A DNA stretch of 63,998 nt, counting the filler, from Porpidia crustulata (taxonomy: Eukaryota), in assembly GCA_964255105.1 (NCBI GenBank). It is 12 parts of 12 records of this genome, joined end to end, with 100 filler letters (N's around TTAATTAATTAA, not from the genome) between each part and the next. Parts side by side here need not be neighbours in the genome. Positions count along the whole stretch, not along the records: positions 37,624 to 42,884 come from CAXUWE010001866.1; positions 42,985 to 48,243 come from CAXUWE010001867.1; positions 48,344 to 53,597 come from CAXUWE010001868.1; 9 more parts are not named here. One strand, given 5' to 3'. The notes beneath the pieces were generated by a model that saw nothing but the letters and a program-made list of their open reading frames with translations, did no database searches and had not been told where the DNA came from. This document shows, in pieces, positions 39,232 to 51,711 of this stretch (position 1 is the stretch's first letter; every line of letters starts with the position of its first letter). A program made the translations under genes and the position numbers.

Positions 39232-42209
39232 TCACCCGGGCCAAGTCTCCTGCTTACCCTCAACATGCGTCGTCGTCGGGAGATCGGAAGAACGCTTCTT
39301 CCGCCGCACAACGGCGCTGAATGCTTTGCTTAGTCGACGGGATGCAGGTCTGTCATGCATAAAGGTATCGTCTCGAGGTGTGTGAACGGGATCGACTTGA
39401 TCCTTCGCCGCAGGGACAGCTACGGTGTATAGCGGAAGGATGGCACCGAAAGCACACACGGCCACGACTACGCAGAGCGAGTATGGTACACCTCGGTGGT
39501 AAGCCACTGGGCTCATGATGCCAGGGACCACCGCACCGCCAGAGATGGCCGCTGTGAGAAACACTGATCCCATCTTGGTGAATGCTCCGAGTCCGCGGAG
39601 AGACATGGCGAAGATGATGGAAAAGATACCCGACTGAGGAAAAGTCTGTGAGCTTTATCTAGACGGCTACAACTCTACGTAGATGGCTCACCTCGAAGAG
39701 ATAAATAAGCATCATCATTGCTATCCCGGAATAGCCAGCAAGGTTCATCGCAAGCGTCGATGTCACTACTAAGCCTGTGTATAGGAATAATAGGATCCAC
39801 CTTGGCGCCACAATGAGGCCAGCGATTGCAGAAAGGAAACGGCCGACAGCGAAGACCGTGCGGCCAATGGCTTGGTAATAGAATGCGCTTACCTTGGAGC
39901 TATATAGTAGTCAGCATATGTCAACGTGGAAAGTTAGTAGGCAGCTTACTTCGGCTTCGTGGTAGCGATGTACTGGCGGAAGTTCACCGACATAGCTTCT
40001 TGGCCACCCACATAGCAGAATTGAGAGAACACTCCAAGAGCAAGTGTGATGTATACGATTGGTAGCCCAATCATCTTCCTTTGGTTTACGAAAGCCCGTT
40101 GTTGAGCCACTTCTTCCAGATCTTCATCTGAGGCTTCTGGTATGGGTAGATAATAGTAGATGAGCGCAAGCACCACGACAAACAGAGCAATTCCAAGATA
40201 AGTCCATTGGATGTTGATGAGTGATGGCGCGTCAAGAACATTCCTGAACAAGACTTTTTGAGCTAAAATAGGGGAGAGCACACTGCCAATCGCTTGTACT
40301 GCCTGCGACATGTTGAGGCGCACCTCGGCGTACTCTGGTGGTCCGCAAAGGGCGATGAATGGATTGCCGGCGACTTCGAGAGTGGCAACACCCAGGCCGA
40401 CAATGAAATTAGAGATGATGAATGCAGGAAACGAAGCAAGTACTGCCGAAGGCCAGAACACAAGAGTGCCACAACCGTAGATACAAAGTCCCGTCATAAA
40501 CGTGGCCTTGAAACCCCACTTTTTAAAAACGACTTGCCCAAATGTGAGGGGTGCAACGAGATATGCCCCAAAATAAGCCGAATGAAGGCCAATAGATTGT
40601 GCTGTGCTCATGTGAACGATTCGCTGGAACTGGGAATTGAGAACATCCAAGAGACCATAAGCGAAGCCCCAAAGAAAGAAGAGAATCGTTACAAGACACA
40701 ACGGACATATGGACTCTCGGTTGGTCATCTTCACCATACTTTTTTGGTTCTGTACGTTGAAATATTCCAATGCTGCCAAGCTTCCCTTGCGAGATTTCGT
40801 AGTATGTATACTATCAAAAGACTGAACGTTCTCGGCAGGCGCTTCTGTTTGAGTGCTCCGAAGAAAATCTAATGCGTTCACGGATTCGTCTTTAGGGTCG
40901 GATCCAGGGTTTGCCGCATGAGTGTGAGCGGTGTCAGGGGTGGTAAGAAAGTCCAGAGTTTGAGTGTCTCCCATGTGAGCGGTGTTAATATCACCATTGG
41001 AATAGATGGGGATATCTTGCGGGCCTGAGTCATTGGAAGGGACTAGGTCCAAGGCCGCTTCCACGCTCATGCCTCTATCATGACCTCGAGATCTTGGACG
41101 GTTCGCAGCGTTCGGTGACCCGAGACCAGAGTGAGTCCGACCCCGAAGTCTAGGTGGTGGAACGCTGGCCCTTTGCGTATTGCCAGGTCGGTAGTAATGT
41201 GATCCCGTCACATCACCAACGTGTTTGATACGACCCAACAGCGTCGGGAATATTTTCACAACCAACGGTTTAACACCAGGCACGCAGGCGCATATCATTC
41301 CTACATGAACCTCAACAGCCGACCACATAAACGACAGAGAGGCTATCCAGGAGAAGTCCCTGGTTGAGTCGACACTTGTTCCGGTATGTCTCTGCAGCTG
41401 AGCCAGGGATGCCGACTGGAGATATGCAATACGGACGACGTCAATGACAGCAACAAATGCCCCGAAACTGAAGGTCACGATCAGAATAAGCTTTTCGTTA
41501 CGTGGCAGCTTCATGCCGGTGAGGATAGGCATCGGGAGAAACAAAAGGGCAAGATCGGTGATGATATTGACAGGCGCAGACGATAGATACAAGGTCACAA
41601 TATCGATGCACTTTTCCGCAGGTGGCATGGGAAAGTCAAAAGTAGCTCCTATCGGACGGCACTGGAAGATGTTGAGCAGCGTCAAGGCCATGCCCGCGAC
41701 GTTGACAACGACGAGCGTGCATATTGTTGCCCATTTGAAAACTCTTTGATTCTTCGACAACGTAAGGTAGAACAGACATATGGACGTCTTCGTAGCCATC
41801 AATGCCGGGTTCTGCCTCTGTTAGCGGGTTCCTGCAGCGAAGGCATCGGGGACGGACATATAGAACGGAGAAGGCATATTCCGACTTCTTTAATGGATGC
41901 TCCCAGTCTAGCTTGACGTCTTCTTGGTGCCTCCCGAGTCCAAGCGAGGTTCCATAGCAGATGGACAAGGAGAAACCAAAAGCGATGAACTTTTGATATG
42001 TTAGCACCCGAATCTGCAGCGATTGCGGTTGAACTCACCCAAGCAACGAGAATAGCATAGTCATCTGCAGTCAGTCTCTTAACAATTCCAATGCGAGAAA
42101 TGAAGCGCAAGACTATGAAGACCGACGATGCGACCAGCAATGCTATGGTGACGGCGAGCACGACATGTCCTCGGTCCTCGAGCGGTGGCGGAAGATCCGC
42201 CATGCCCAC
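39232..42209 (-). CDS. Fusion of PTH11-like (fungal rhodopsin-domain) membrane region and FucP-type MFS sugar transporter, multi-exon
   Basis: N-half LRFISR..LT.DDY, GLGRH, TKTSICLFY, FQCRPI, NIITDL..LPMP, WSAVEVHVGMICACVP. C-half LVTILFFLWGFAYGLLDVLN, LEVAGNPFIALCGPPEYAE.RLN, FCYVG. Confidence 0.88.
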
Positions 42210-42984
42210 TGGACATTCGTTATGACTCGGTTCGTCTTGGATTGCTTCGAGCGATCACCTCCATAATGGGCCTCGACTTCGGTCAATGCGTATGGGCAGC
42301 CTCCAGTAACAGTAAGAATAATTGTGTGCAGTGATTAATGATAAGAGATGCAAGACATGTCCGCCAAAATGTGTTTACTAAAGCGGTACCGACCTAGTTC
42401 ACGAGTCAGCATACTTTGGGTGTGCATTTCCTTCCATCTGCGAAATTCTCTTTAGCCAAGCACCGAGGCCGAATCTCCGGGGAGACTCTTGTGTGGGTGG
42501 GGCTTCGGTACCGAAAGAGGGCAAGTCGTGGCTCGATTGGCGGCCAACTCACTGCCTTACCTGATGGGTACCTCTAAGCAGCCTGACGACAATCAGTTTA
42601 GGGCTAATATGCGATCATACCCCGCCTTGAGCACGTGAGCACTAATACCCCGCAATCCACGCTTGCCATCCTGATGACATGCAAGAGCAAGCCCTAAGAC
42701 GAGTCGCAGCTCGGGAGGGGTTGAAAATAGTTAGTCAAGAATTGAAATCGTTAAACGTTAAATCTTAATCCGCGACGATCTTGAGCATATCCTGAGCATT
42801 TCATTTCTGATGTTGAGATATATGATGGACTGACTTAGGATGAAAAGGGTTGTGGATTGAGTCGGTCTAGCTACGTGTCTATATNNNNNNNNNNNNNNNN
42901 NNNNNNNNNNNNNNNNNNNNNNNNNNNNTTAATTAATTAANNNNNNNNNNNNNNNNNNNNNNNNNNNNNNNNNNNNNNNNNNNN

Positions 42985-43038
42985 GGTTATATTGACTAAT
43001 CTTAACTAGCGCGGACCGTTTGGGGGTGGGAACGAGTA
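42985..43038. mobile_element. Right half of the MITE family seen complete at 51030-51122
   Basis: Ungapped 42/54 identity to 51071-51124, ending ggggtgggaacgag-TA. Confidence 0.8.
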
Positions 43039-43500
43039 CTCTAAGCGCAACAGACGCTCGATATTGGCGGGTCGGGCCGTCAGCCCTGTCATAGCTTTGC
43101 TGTCCTCCGCCCCAATGGCGCTCATATCAGAGTCGGATTCCCTAGGTATTCGAAGGAGAGCACGCATAAGCTCTGACGTGTGTGTTTCAAGTAACCAACC
43201 AGAAAACCTAGGAGGTGAGACTCACTAGTCCCTATCCTGAAGTCAGGGACCAAGTCCCAGCATGGTTACCTACTCAGCGCAAATTATCTCCGGAGGTATT
43301 TAGTGTCAAGTGACTTGATCTACCCACTTTTCTTTCAAGCTTGGTGGCAACAGTAAAGTAGTTCATTTAAGCCTACCAAACCCCTCCTTCAGCTCGCTTC
43401 ACCGAATACGTCTCACTACTTGAGCTCATGATCTCTGTATTTCTCTTCCATCCTTCAATCTCCATACTGCTCTCAACTCCCTCCCACACACCTGCGAGCC

Positions 43501-44977
43501 ATGGATAAAGGTGGTGAACTGTCTTTCTCTGAACGCATGATACAAGCCCAACAAGCAGCACGACTAAGGGCCAAACATGCTTATCGGATGAAAAGCGCCG
43601 CCGATGCCACGTTAGAGTCTATCACCAGGATGAAGGAAGAGTCGAAGCCTGAGATCGTCGAAGCCTCTGTGCATTACACTAACCCATACTCGGGTCTGAA
43701 AGCTACAAAGAAGACTAAGCCACGTCCTGAGAAGCTTGAGGAAGAGCTTTTTGTAAGTCAGAGCGAAGAGAATGACTCGGATGTCTCGCAGGCCTCAATT
43801 ACTCCCACCAAGGCACACAATTTACCACAAAGGCCCAAATCAGCCAAAGGTAAGGACAAAGCCGCTGTCATTGCGCGTCCGTTTGCTCCACCGAAAAAGC
43901 GATTTTCAAAGAAGACTACTGAGAAGAAGGGGTAAGTTTATGTGCATATTCGATGCTTTGACTCGATGTTGTACGTACTGACGGCGTTCAAGGCAAGCCA
44001 TTGAGAATCGAGTCGCTAGTCATCCCGCATCGTGGTATCAGGACATAAATCCGAATCAGCTATACAGCCGAAGAGACCTTGAGACTTTGAAATATGTCAT
44101 TATCTTGATTCAGAAATGTACTGCAGCCGTCAGTGCTGAAGAAGATCTGAAAACACTTTTTAACACGCTACGCAATCGTCTGCATGCTATGGAGTTTTTC
44201 GACTTCCTGTCTGATGTGTTGATGAAGAAATCCAAGGTCCTAGAGGAAAAAGGTCTCAAGAGTGTGATCTACGGCACGGATGTCGAGTATCCCTGGGACA
44301 TTCGCGCAGACGCTATGTCCTTACATGAAAAGTGGCTTCACGGAATCATTGATCCACACCTGCTGCGAGGAGTCGAAACAAAACAAGGTAAATCTTTGGC
44401 CTTGAGCGGAAAGCGTTTCACATCTCATCGTCTTCACAAATCATATGAGCACAAAAAGTCTTGCAATTATTTCGGACATGGAAACATCGTGAATGGTCAG
44501 TGGTGGCCTCTTCAAATCTGTGCGATGAGAGACGGCGCACACGGCGAGATTGAGAGCGGGATCCATGGAAAAGCCGGGATGGGAGCTTTCTCCGTTGTAC
44601 TCAGCGGAGGCGGCTACTCTGATATTGACCAAGGCGACATTATTCAGTATTGCGGCACGTCCGGGAAGGAAGAGAAAGCGTCGGCAGGCACAGACTTGCT
44701 CATGAAGTCGTACAAAGATGGGAAAGATATTCGAGTGCTCCGATCATCAAGCTTAGACAAGGAGAACGTCTACCGTCCAGTGAAGGGTCTTCGTTACGAT
44801 GGATTGTATAGGATCATCAAGGATGAGATACTTGATCGCGACACGGCCATGCACCGCTTCACACTACGTCGTCGCATCAGGCAAGATCCAATTCGTTGCA
44901 CTGGTGTCGAGAAGCGCCCAACCGAAGAGGAGTTGGCAGAATACAGTAAAATCAGAAACCTCATCGGGCTCTCCTGA
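43501..44977 (+). CDS. SRA-YDG domain protein (one intron about 43933-43992)
   Basis: NGQWWPLQICAMRDGAHG..GIHG..GAFSVVLSGGGYSDIDQGDIIQYCGT, IRVLRS, GLRYDGLYRI. Confidence 0.88.
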
Positions 44978-46278
44978 CGTGTGGCGTACGACTCCCGGGT
45001 CGTTTCCTTTGATGAGACGCGCGTACTAGGTGTTTGGAAAGAACAGGATAGGATGGAGGGGGCGATATTTTCGTCTAGGAGGGATTGGATGTGAAAAGAC
45101 GTTGGATAAGAGCAACGATACCATGATGGATGAAGGCGAACGACCTTCTCACATGATTGATGCAGTTTGGTTTACGAAAATGTAGTGCACGAAGCATGAT
45201 TTTTCCTGGATGGTTCGGTACAGCTAAAGATATCCCACATAGTTAACTGACGAATTCCGGCAGTCGGACGGCGAATTGCTGTCCAGCCAACATAGATTTT
45301 ACCAATATTGATACTCCAAATGCTCTCCACTTCAGTGGCAGATGATCCTTTGAGTGATTTATGCACATAGCAACAACGAAATGCATGCATCAATTGTTTT
45401 GTCGCTGTACATTGCTGTAATGCGAATGATCCACACAGTCAAGCACATTGCATTGTATTGCTACGAATTTAGACAGAGACAAAAGATCACGTGGCGATAT
45501 GGATTATTCGTATCATTACAAGATTCCACGCTAAGGACGAGGCGTCGGCCAGGTATCCCAGTTGGTAGCCAATCATATTGCTGAAGACGGCCGTCGAGTC
45601 ATCCTTCATATCAATCCGTCTCCTTTCTCTTCACGGATGTCAGCAACAACGTGGAAGAGGATAGTTTCCTTGATAAGCCCAAGACTAAGAGGTTGCCGGT
45701 GCCTGACTAACATGTAGCATGGCGCCGTTGGAGTGGAGAATACTGCCGATCACCTTTCAACTTGGAAGCTTCTGCCATTGAGGATGAACTACACGCACTC
45801 AGATCTTTGATGCAAGGGACTGTGCCAGCTGCAGACCATCACAGCATGATGTGCTTCCACAGGTACCTCATTCTTCTTGATATAGTACCATGTATTTACT
45901 GACAGCTATCAGACTCATCTCCTTCGACCGCGGTCCAGGTTCACGGGCACACGGGTCACATTTACATCCCCTGGACGATGGCATGAAAACTCTACCGGCA
46001 AACGTTCCCCGCAGATAGGTAGCTTTCCATGGCTTGGCCTGCTTAGCCCGCAAGCAGGCAAGCAGCCAAAGCTGACACGGGTGAAACCTCGCGAACCTTG
46101 CGATCCGCCCTCCATACTATCACAACGAAACCCCAGAACCCAGTGCGCCAATAACGCTAGCCGTGCCCATCAGAATGCTTTGAGAGGCATCACATGATAT
46201 CGTGTACCACTTTACACGTCGTATCTCTACACCCCTGGTCAAATCGCGTCTCTCTGGTGCCTATGATACTTTAGCGCA

Positions 46279-47476
46279 ATGACTCCCAAAAGACGCATAT
46301 ATTATCGAGCTGGTCCCCTCCCTTTTCCATCTTCTCTAGCTATTGAAATGCTGAGATGCTCTGTTGATGCCTGATTGTACTGAGGCATCTTTATTGCATC
46401 TGAACTTTTCAATGGTGGTGGGTGTGCATCGACTGCTGCCTGTTGTCAATCGCCCGTAACTGCTTGCATCTGCTCCACTATCCTTGAAAACCAGCTCATC
46501 ATGTTTGCAAAACGTTCCCATCATAATGAAAGCTTCTCAAAGCATCGAGCCACCAAGTCCACAGCGCCGAGCAAAGGTAAACGCTCATTTCGTGAGCACG
46601 CTGCCATAACCAAGAAGACCGAAAAGCCTCGAAAACCCGACACAAGCCCTTCAAACCCAAAGTAAGTCATCCATCCATTTGTAACATTCTATCTCTAACC
46701 CATCACTAAAATAGCAACCTCACTTCCCCTATCATCACACTCTGCATCGGCCCCGAATCCCGCCTTTTCGCCGCCCACGAATCCATACTCTCCACCTCCC
46801 CCTTCTTCGCCGCCATCTGCCGCGGTCAATTCCTCGAATCCGCCGCCAAACGCATCTCCCTCCCTGACGAGCTCCCCGAAATCTTCTCCTCGGTACTCGA
46901 ATACCTCTACAAAGGCGACTACTACCCTCGCCTGCTGCACAACAAACGCCGCAACTGCTGGGAGCTCGAGGATAGCCAAAGCGGCAGCGGTGCCGTCGAG
47001 AGCACAGTCACAGACACCGGCACGGGTATCCGGTTGCTCAAGGATACGTTGGTGTATTGTACGGCTGAGAAATACGGACTCGAGGAGCTTAAGCGGTTAG
47101 CGTTAAGGAAGCAGGGGCTACAAGGCGGGATCCAGTGTTCGACAATCCTGGCGAGTGCAAGATATGCGTATGCGAATACGCCTGACAGCGATTCAAAGCT
47201 TCGAGCACATTATTTGGCGTTGATCATCCGGTCGAGGAGCACGTTCAAGCGAAGCGGGACGATGCAGATGGAGATGGAGGGGGGTGGACGATTGTGAGTT
47301 GTTATTAACTTAGTTGTTGGTCAATGCTGACTTGAGGCAAACAGGTTTTTCGACCTCTTCGTCGCCATGTGCAATCATATGGTACGTTCCTCGCTCTCAC
47401 ATTTAAATTATCATCCACATCTGCTAACATTAGACACCAGGACGACATCACCACCATCACCAAGTCACCTCGCTAG
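46279..47476 (+). CDS. BTB/POZ domain protein, multi-exon; start uncertain
   Basis: TSPIITLCIGPESRLFAAHESILSTSPFF...ISLPDELPEIFSSVLEYLYKGDYYP, then LKDTLVYCTAEKYGLEELKRLALRKQGLQ. Confidence 0.85.
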
Positions 47477-48343
47477 GCTCCTCGGCCATCTCGATCCCGT
47501 CATCTCGATGGACAGATATCGAGGTTCCACGACCTTTTACCCGCCATCCATCCACACACCTACCTCCATCTCAGTCCTGGCTTTTCACACGCCCGCTATA
47601 CCATCCCCTCATTCCACCAAGACGTCCGCCACTCGCTCCTTGCCTTTCCGATTCTCCCACCAGCCATTAATTCCTTCAACCATTGAAAACATGTACAATA
47701 CCATTTTCTTCTTTCGTCTTATTTTTCTTATCTGTAGGCGAAGATACCAGGCGTTCTCATCCTCTCTTTCAAACGTTTTCGCTTCACTTGTATCATAGAC
47801 AATTTCCTCCTTTTCTAAGCTGTCGTTTCGGGTGTTTTTTTAAGGGATCAACAAGCGTGCCTGGGTCGCACAATGGGGTAATCCTCAAGCCTCGTGGGTT
47901 TTGGCTCGAAAGGCCGGTTCTGCACCGTACAGATTCGGTATTTATTTTTAGATCCAGCTCAGGATGTCAGAGGCGGGATAAATCTAAGATCGAGCACTCA
48001 TATTTCTCAACCGACTTTTTTTTGCAGACGTTTCGGGATAATATGGGGAGCGGGAGGGGGCGATAATACTCCAGCCAAGATGCTTTCTATGTGTCTCCAA
48101 GCGGCTGTAGCGGCAGAAATTGAGATAGATAGTGTTGTGGTGGGATTTAAATCTCGAAAAGTCTCCAACTCTAAAACCTCAAAACCTCCGCCCATCGCTC
48201 TTCACTCCATCGTGCCCATGCTCCCCCCACTCTCATACACAACNNNNNNNNNNNNNNNNNNNNNNNNNNNNNNNNNNNNNNNNNNNNTTAATTAATTAAN
48301 NNNNNNNNNNNNNNNNNNNNNNNNNNNNNNNNNNNNNNNNNNN

Positions 48344-48397
48344 AGGCTTAGGGTTTTCGAACTAGGGGTGTAATCGAACTAGGGGTGAGTACGAGTA
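48344..48397. mobile_element. Tc1-mariner/MITE-type TIR end
   Basis: tcgaactaggggtg occurs twice and the segment ends gtacgag-TA at the contig edge. Shares the acgag-TA terminus with the 51030 MITE. Confidence 0.65.
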
Positions 48398-48746
48398 TGC
48401 TGTTCTTCATAGCATCTTATATACGGGATGCACTGTACACATAAAATCCAGGGACTTGAGGTACCTCACGGAACGTCTCCTTTCCAATTTGAGACAAGTA
48501 TGCATGCGATGACGATGCCTATCTCCACTCGCGGCTACTTCGGGCCCCCAACACCGAAACTTCATTTCAACCTCGTATTGACAGCTAGCGACCTTTATTT
48601 AGAAACTTTTTTCATCGTCAGACTTTCGTTATTCCAACTCTACATTATCATTATTTCTTTCCTTACCACTGTCGTTTCTTATAAAACCCGGTCCACAGAC
48701 GTTCGCTTTGCTTCATTGGAAACCCTATTACCTCAGGATAATCAAC

Positions 48747-49726
48747 ATGCTTTCCCTTATCAATACCTCATTACTTCTAATGTTGAGCACCACGGCTCAA
48801 GCATACTGGAAAGGCTTCAATGTACGGAGACAAAGTCTGTGACTCAATCCGTCCGTCGCTAATACATCTCGTAGCTTGGAGCCAATCTTCCCAATGGTGC
48901 TTGCAAAAGCCAGGCCGATTGGCGAAAGGATTTTGAAACATTGGCAGCCCTTCCCGGACATTTTACTTCTGCTCGCCTCTACGCGTCCTCAGACTGTAAT
49001 ACCCTCGCAAATGCGGTACCAGCTGCCATTGCGACCGGTACCACGCTCCTTGTCGGCGTATGGACCGAAGATGCAAATCACTTTAAACTGGAGAAAGCGG
49101 CACTTCTAGCTGCTGTTCAAGAGTACGGTCACGATTGGATGATAAGTGCTTCAGTGGGAAGCGAGGACCTTTACCGGGGAAACACCGACGCGAACACTTT
49201 GGCAGCACAGATCAACGATGTACGCGGAATGCTATGGTCTGTAGGAGCAGGATCCATCGAGGTCGGACGTACGTAGTCTCCATATCTTCACCGATGGCAG
49301 TGCACTAGCTAATTGGAGTTTGTAGATGTGGACACATGGACTGCCTGGGTAAAACCTGAAAATGCTGCTGTCATTCGGGCGTGCGATTTTGTGGGTACCG
49401 ATGGATATCCGTACTACCAAGATGCCTCCATCAAAGACGGATCCAATACCTTTTGGTCCAGCATAGATGCGACCAGGAACGCCGTCAATAAGGTCAAGCC
49501 CGGAACGTGGGTGTGGATCACGGAGACAGGGTGGCCTATCAGCGGAGGTAGCCTGGGTGCATCACAGCCATCGTTGGCTAACGCTCAGTCGTACTGGAAG
49601 TCGGTGGCGTGTCAGGCATTCCAAGAAGCGCACACGTTCTGGTTCACATTGCAAGATTACTCCAGCAGCCCAAGCTTCGGAGTAGTGGATTCGGCCTTTA
49701 AGCCCAATTATGATTTGAGCTGTTAA
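48747..49726 (+). CDS. Secreted GH17 beta-1,3-glucanase/glucanosyltransferase (EglC/Bgl2-like), 2 introns
   Basis: Signal peptide MLSLINTSLLLMLSTTAQA, then KGFN/LGAN, SARLYASSDCNTL, SVGSEDLYR, DTWTAW, DGYPYYQ, VWITETGWP. Confidence 0.92.
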
Positions 49727-51029
49727 GGTGACCTACAGTCAAGGCGAGCAAAGGTCGGGGAAGTAAGAGTCAGACGTCATGTTTTGAAGTAGAGACTGGA
49801 TACCTCCCTTAGAATAATCATTAATTGCCGATTGGGAGATGCCCTGGTATCGCTACTATGGGTTTCATTGCTTTACGTGTGCTTTATTCCCTAATCTGGA
49901 AATTGTATCCAGATGCCTTGAAAAACAAAAGTACAACCTAACATTCTTTCATCGCGAATCTTCACCCCCAATCCCACCGACCGCTTCCCCTGTTTCCGAT
50001 GGCATTTCCCAATTTCTAAAGCACGACCACTAAGCACCCGATACAAGTATCCCAGAGCTATCCATGTCATTGTACAAATGCCTAGGATGTCGAATAAAGC
50101 CCCATCATATGCTTAAATGAAAAGAAACGACCACTTACACCGTAGCATGATTTTGCATGACGGAGAAAGAGGGCTTGAGGGATGAGAATGCAAAGGCATG
50201 GAACTATTGATGGGGTAAGTGATAGAGAAGGTCATGGAGATGAAAATGTAATGATGATTAGAAGATGTGAGGTAATTGTAATGGGTTTAGCAGGGGCATC
50301 CTGAACTAGCTATTTGTGGCTGGCCCAGTATCGAGGTGCAGCGTAAGAATTCTGGCAACGGTTCACGTTTCGAAGTGGAATTATCGCTTGATGGCCAACG
50401 TAACTCTGTTGAAGTGTGCACTGTGAAGACCATGGGTGCATGGGAAGTGGACGCATACCAGCCACTTGACTATGTTTCATACCCAGTCTCGCAATTCGAT
50501 ATTTTTAATTCCTTCAGCGAGAAATACCGTAGTCTCTGAACTTTAGTAGCTCTCCTTTGCCAGTGCGTAGATTTCGAGGTTGCTATTTCAAAGCCAAAGA
50601 CTCATGACCTCTTTAAGGAATCTTCTCCTAGAACATTGTAAATGTTGGAATACTCAACCTTTCCATCATGTACGATGATAGGGGAGGTGAGGACAACCAG
50701 ATGGATTTTTGCGACTTTGTCGACAGGGTTGGCCAGCTCATTGATTGGGTATGACTGATGACCGTTGTTCCTGAAACAAAACGAGAGAGAGGATCATGGT
50801 CGAGATGCAACAGTCAATAGTTTACCTTGGATAAAAGAGAGCAGCTCCTTGGATAGGTTGACAGTGGAAAGTTGGCGCATAGTCAAAAGACTTTACGGAG
50901 TGACAGCCAAGCAGTGCATGTCATACTTTTATAAGTGATCTGAGTTTCCAAGTCTTCAGAGTCATCAAGGATCTAATTTCTGTGCCTCTGTGCTTCTGTA
51001 ATGTGTCTTAGGGCTGTCATCGTGATATA

Positions 51030-51122
51030 CTCGTTCCCACCCCCTGATGGTCCATCACACCTAGGGTTAGGGCTATATCGACTAGCTTTAATTGGGGCAT
51101 ACCGTTGAGGGGTGGGAACGAG
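51030..51122. mobile_element. Complete 93-bp MITE with 14-bp perfect TIRs and TA target-site duplication
   Basis: TA-ctcgttcccacccc ... ggggtgggaacgag-TA. A second partial copy is at 42985-43038. Confidence 0.85.
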
Positions 51123-51711
51123 TAAAGCCTCGGCTTAAATGGACCCTGTCGGACACGGCTGTTATCCGCTAAGTACCTTAATAGCCGAGTCAAGACCTGT
51201 TAAAGACCCCTGCTCAGGTACGAAGACTAGAGTAGCCTAGAATTAGATGCATTTTTAACCCCCGCACTGATGTACTCAACGGTCCAATTGGCTAGTCCAA
51301 CGGCCAACACGTTTATCGCGGGTTGTTGTCGTGCAGTCCATGTTCTCCATATCTTCATGGATCCGGACAATATCCATGAGAGCTACCAACGCCTCTGGGA
51401 TGCCAGGCGGGGTCTGCTTGGGAACCATCCTCGGGGGTCATGTGTGAATACTGTACACTGATTGGCTATTCCCCAGCCTCATGAACAAATTCTTCCTTAG
51501 GACTTCCAACCCCGCGGGGCCCATTGTTAAGGAACGCTAAAGACGAAGCTATCTCTCCTCTGCGTCAAGCTTGCACAGACTGAATGCAGGTCCGGCAGTG
51601 AGCTCATCGCCCAGAGTAAGGGTTATAAAGGTGAGGTCCCGCTGCAGCCCAGATGTAGTAGTAGTGGTGGACCTTGCTGTTGTTGAATCCTTCCAGTGAC
51701 CACCAGCCAAG

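Noticed and set aside
46032..46063. GC-rich hairpin gcttggcctgctt...aagcaggcaagc upstream of the BTB gene
   Set aside because: Short and single-copy, with no TSD or ncRNA signature; could be chance.
51061..51072. ctagggttaggg as a telomere
   Set aside because: Only two units and internal to a MITE; not a telomeric array.
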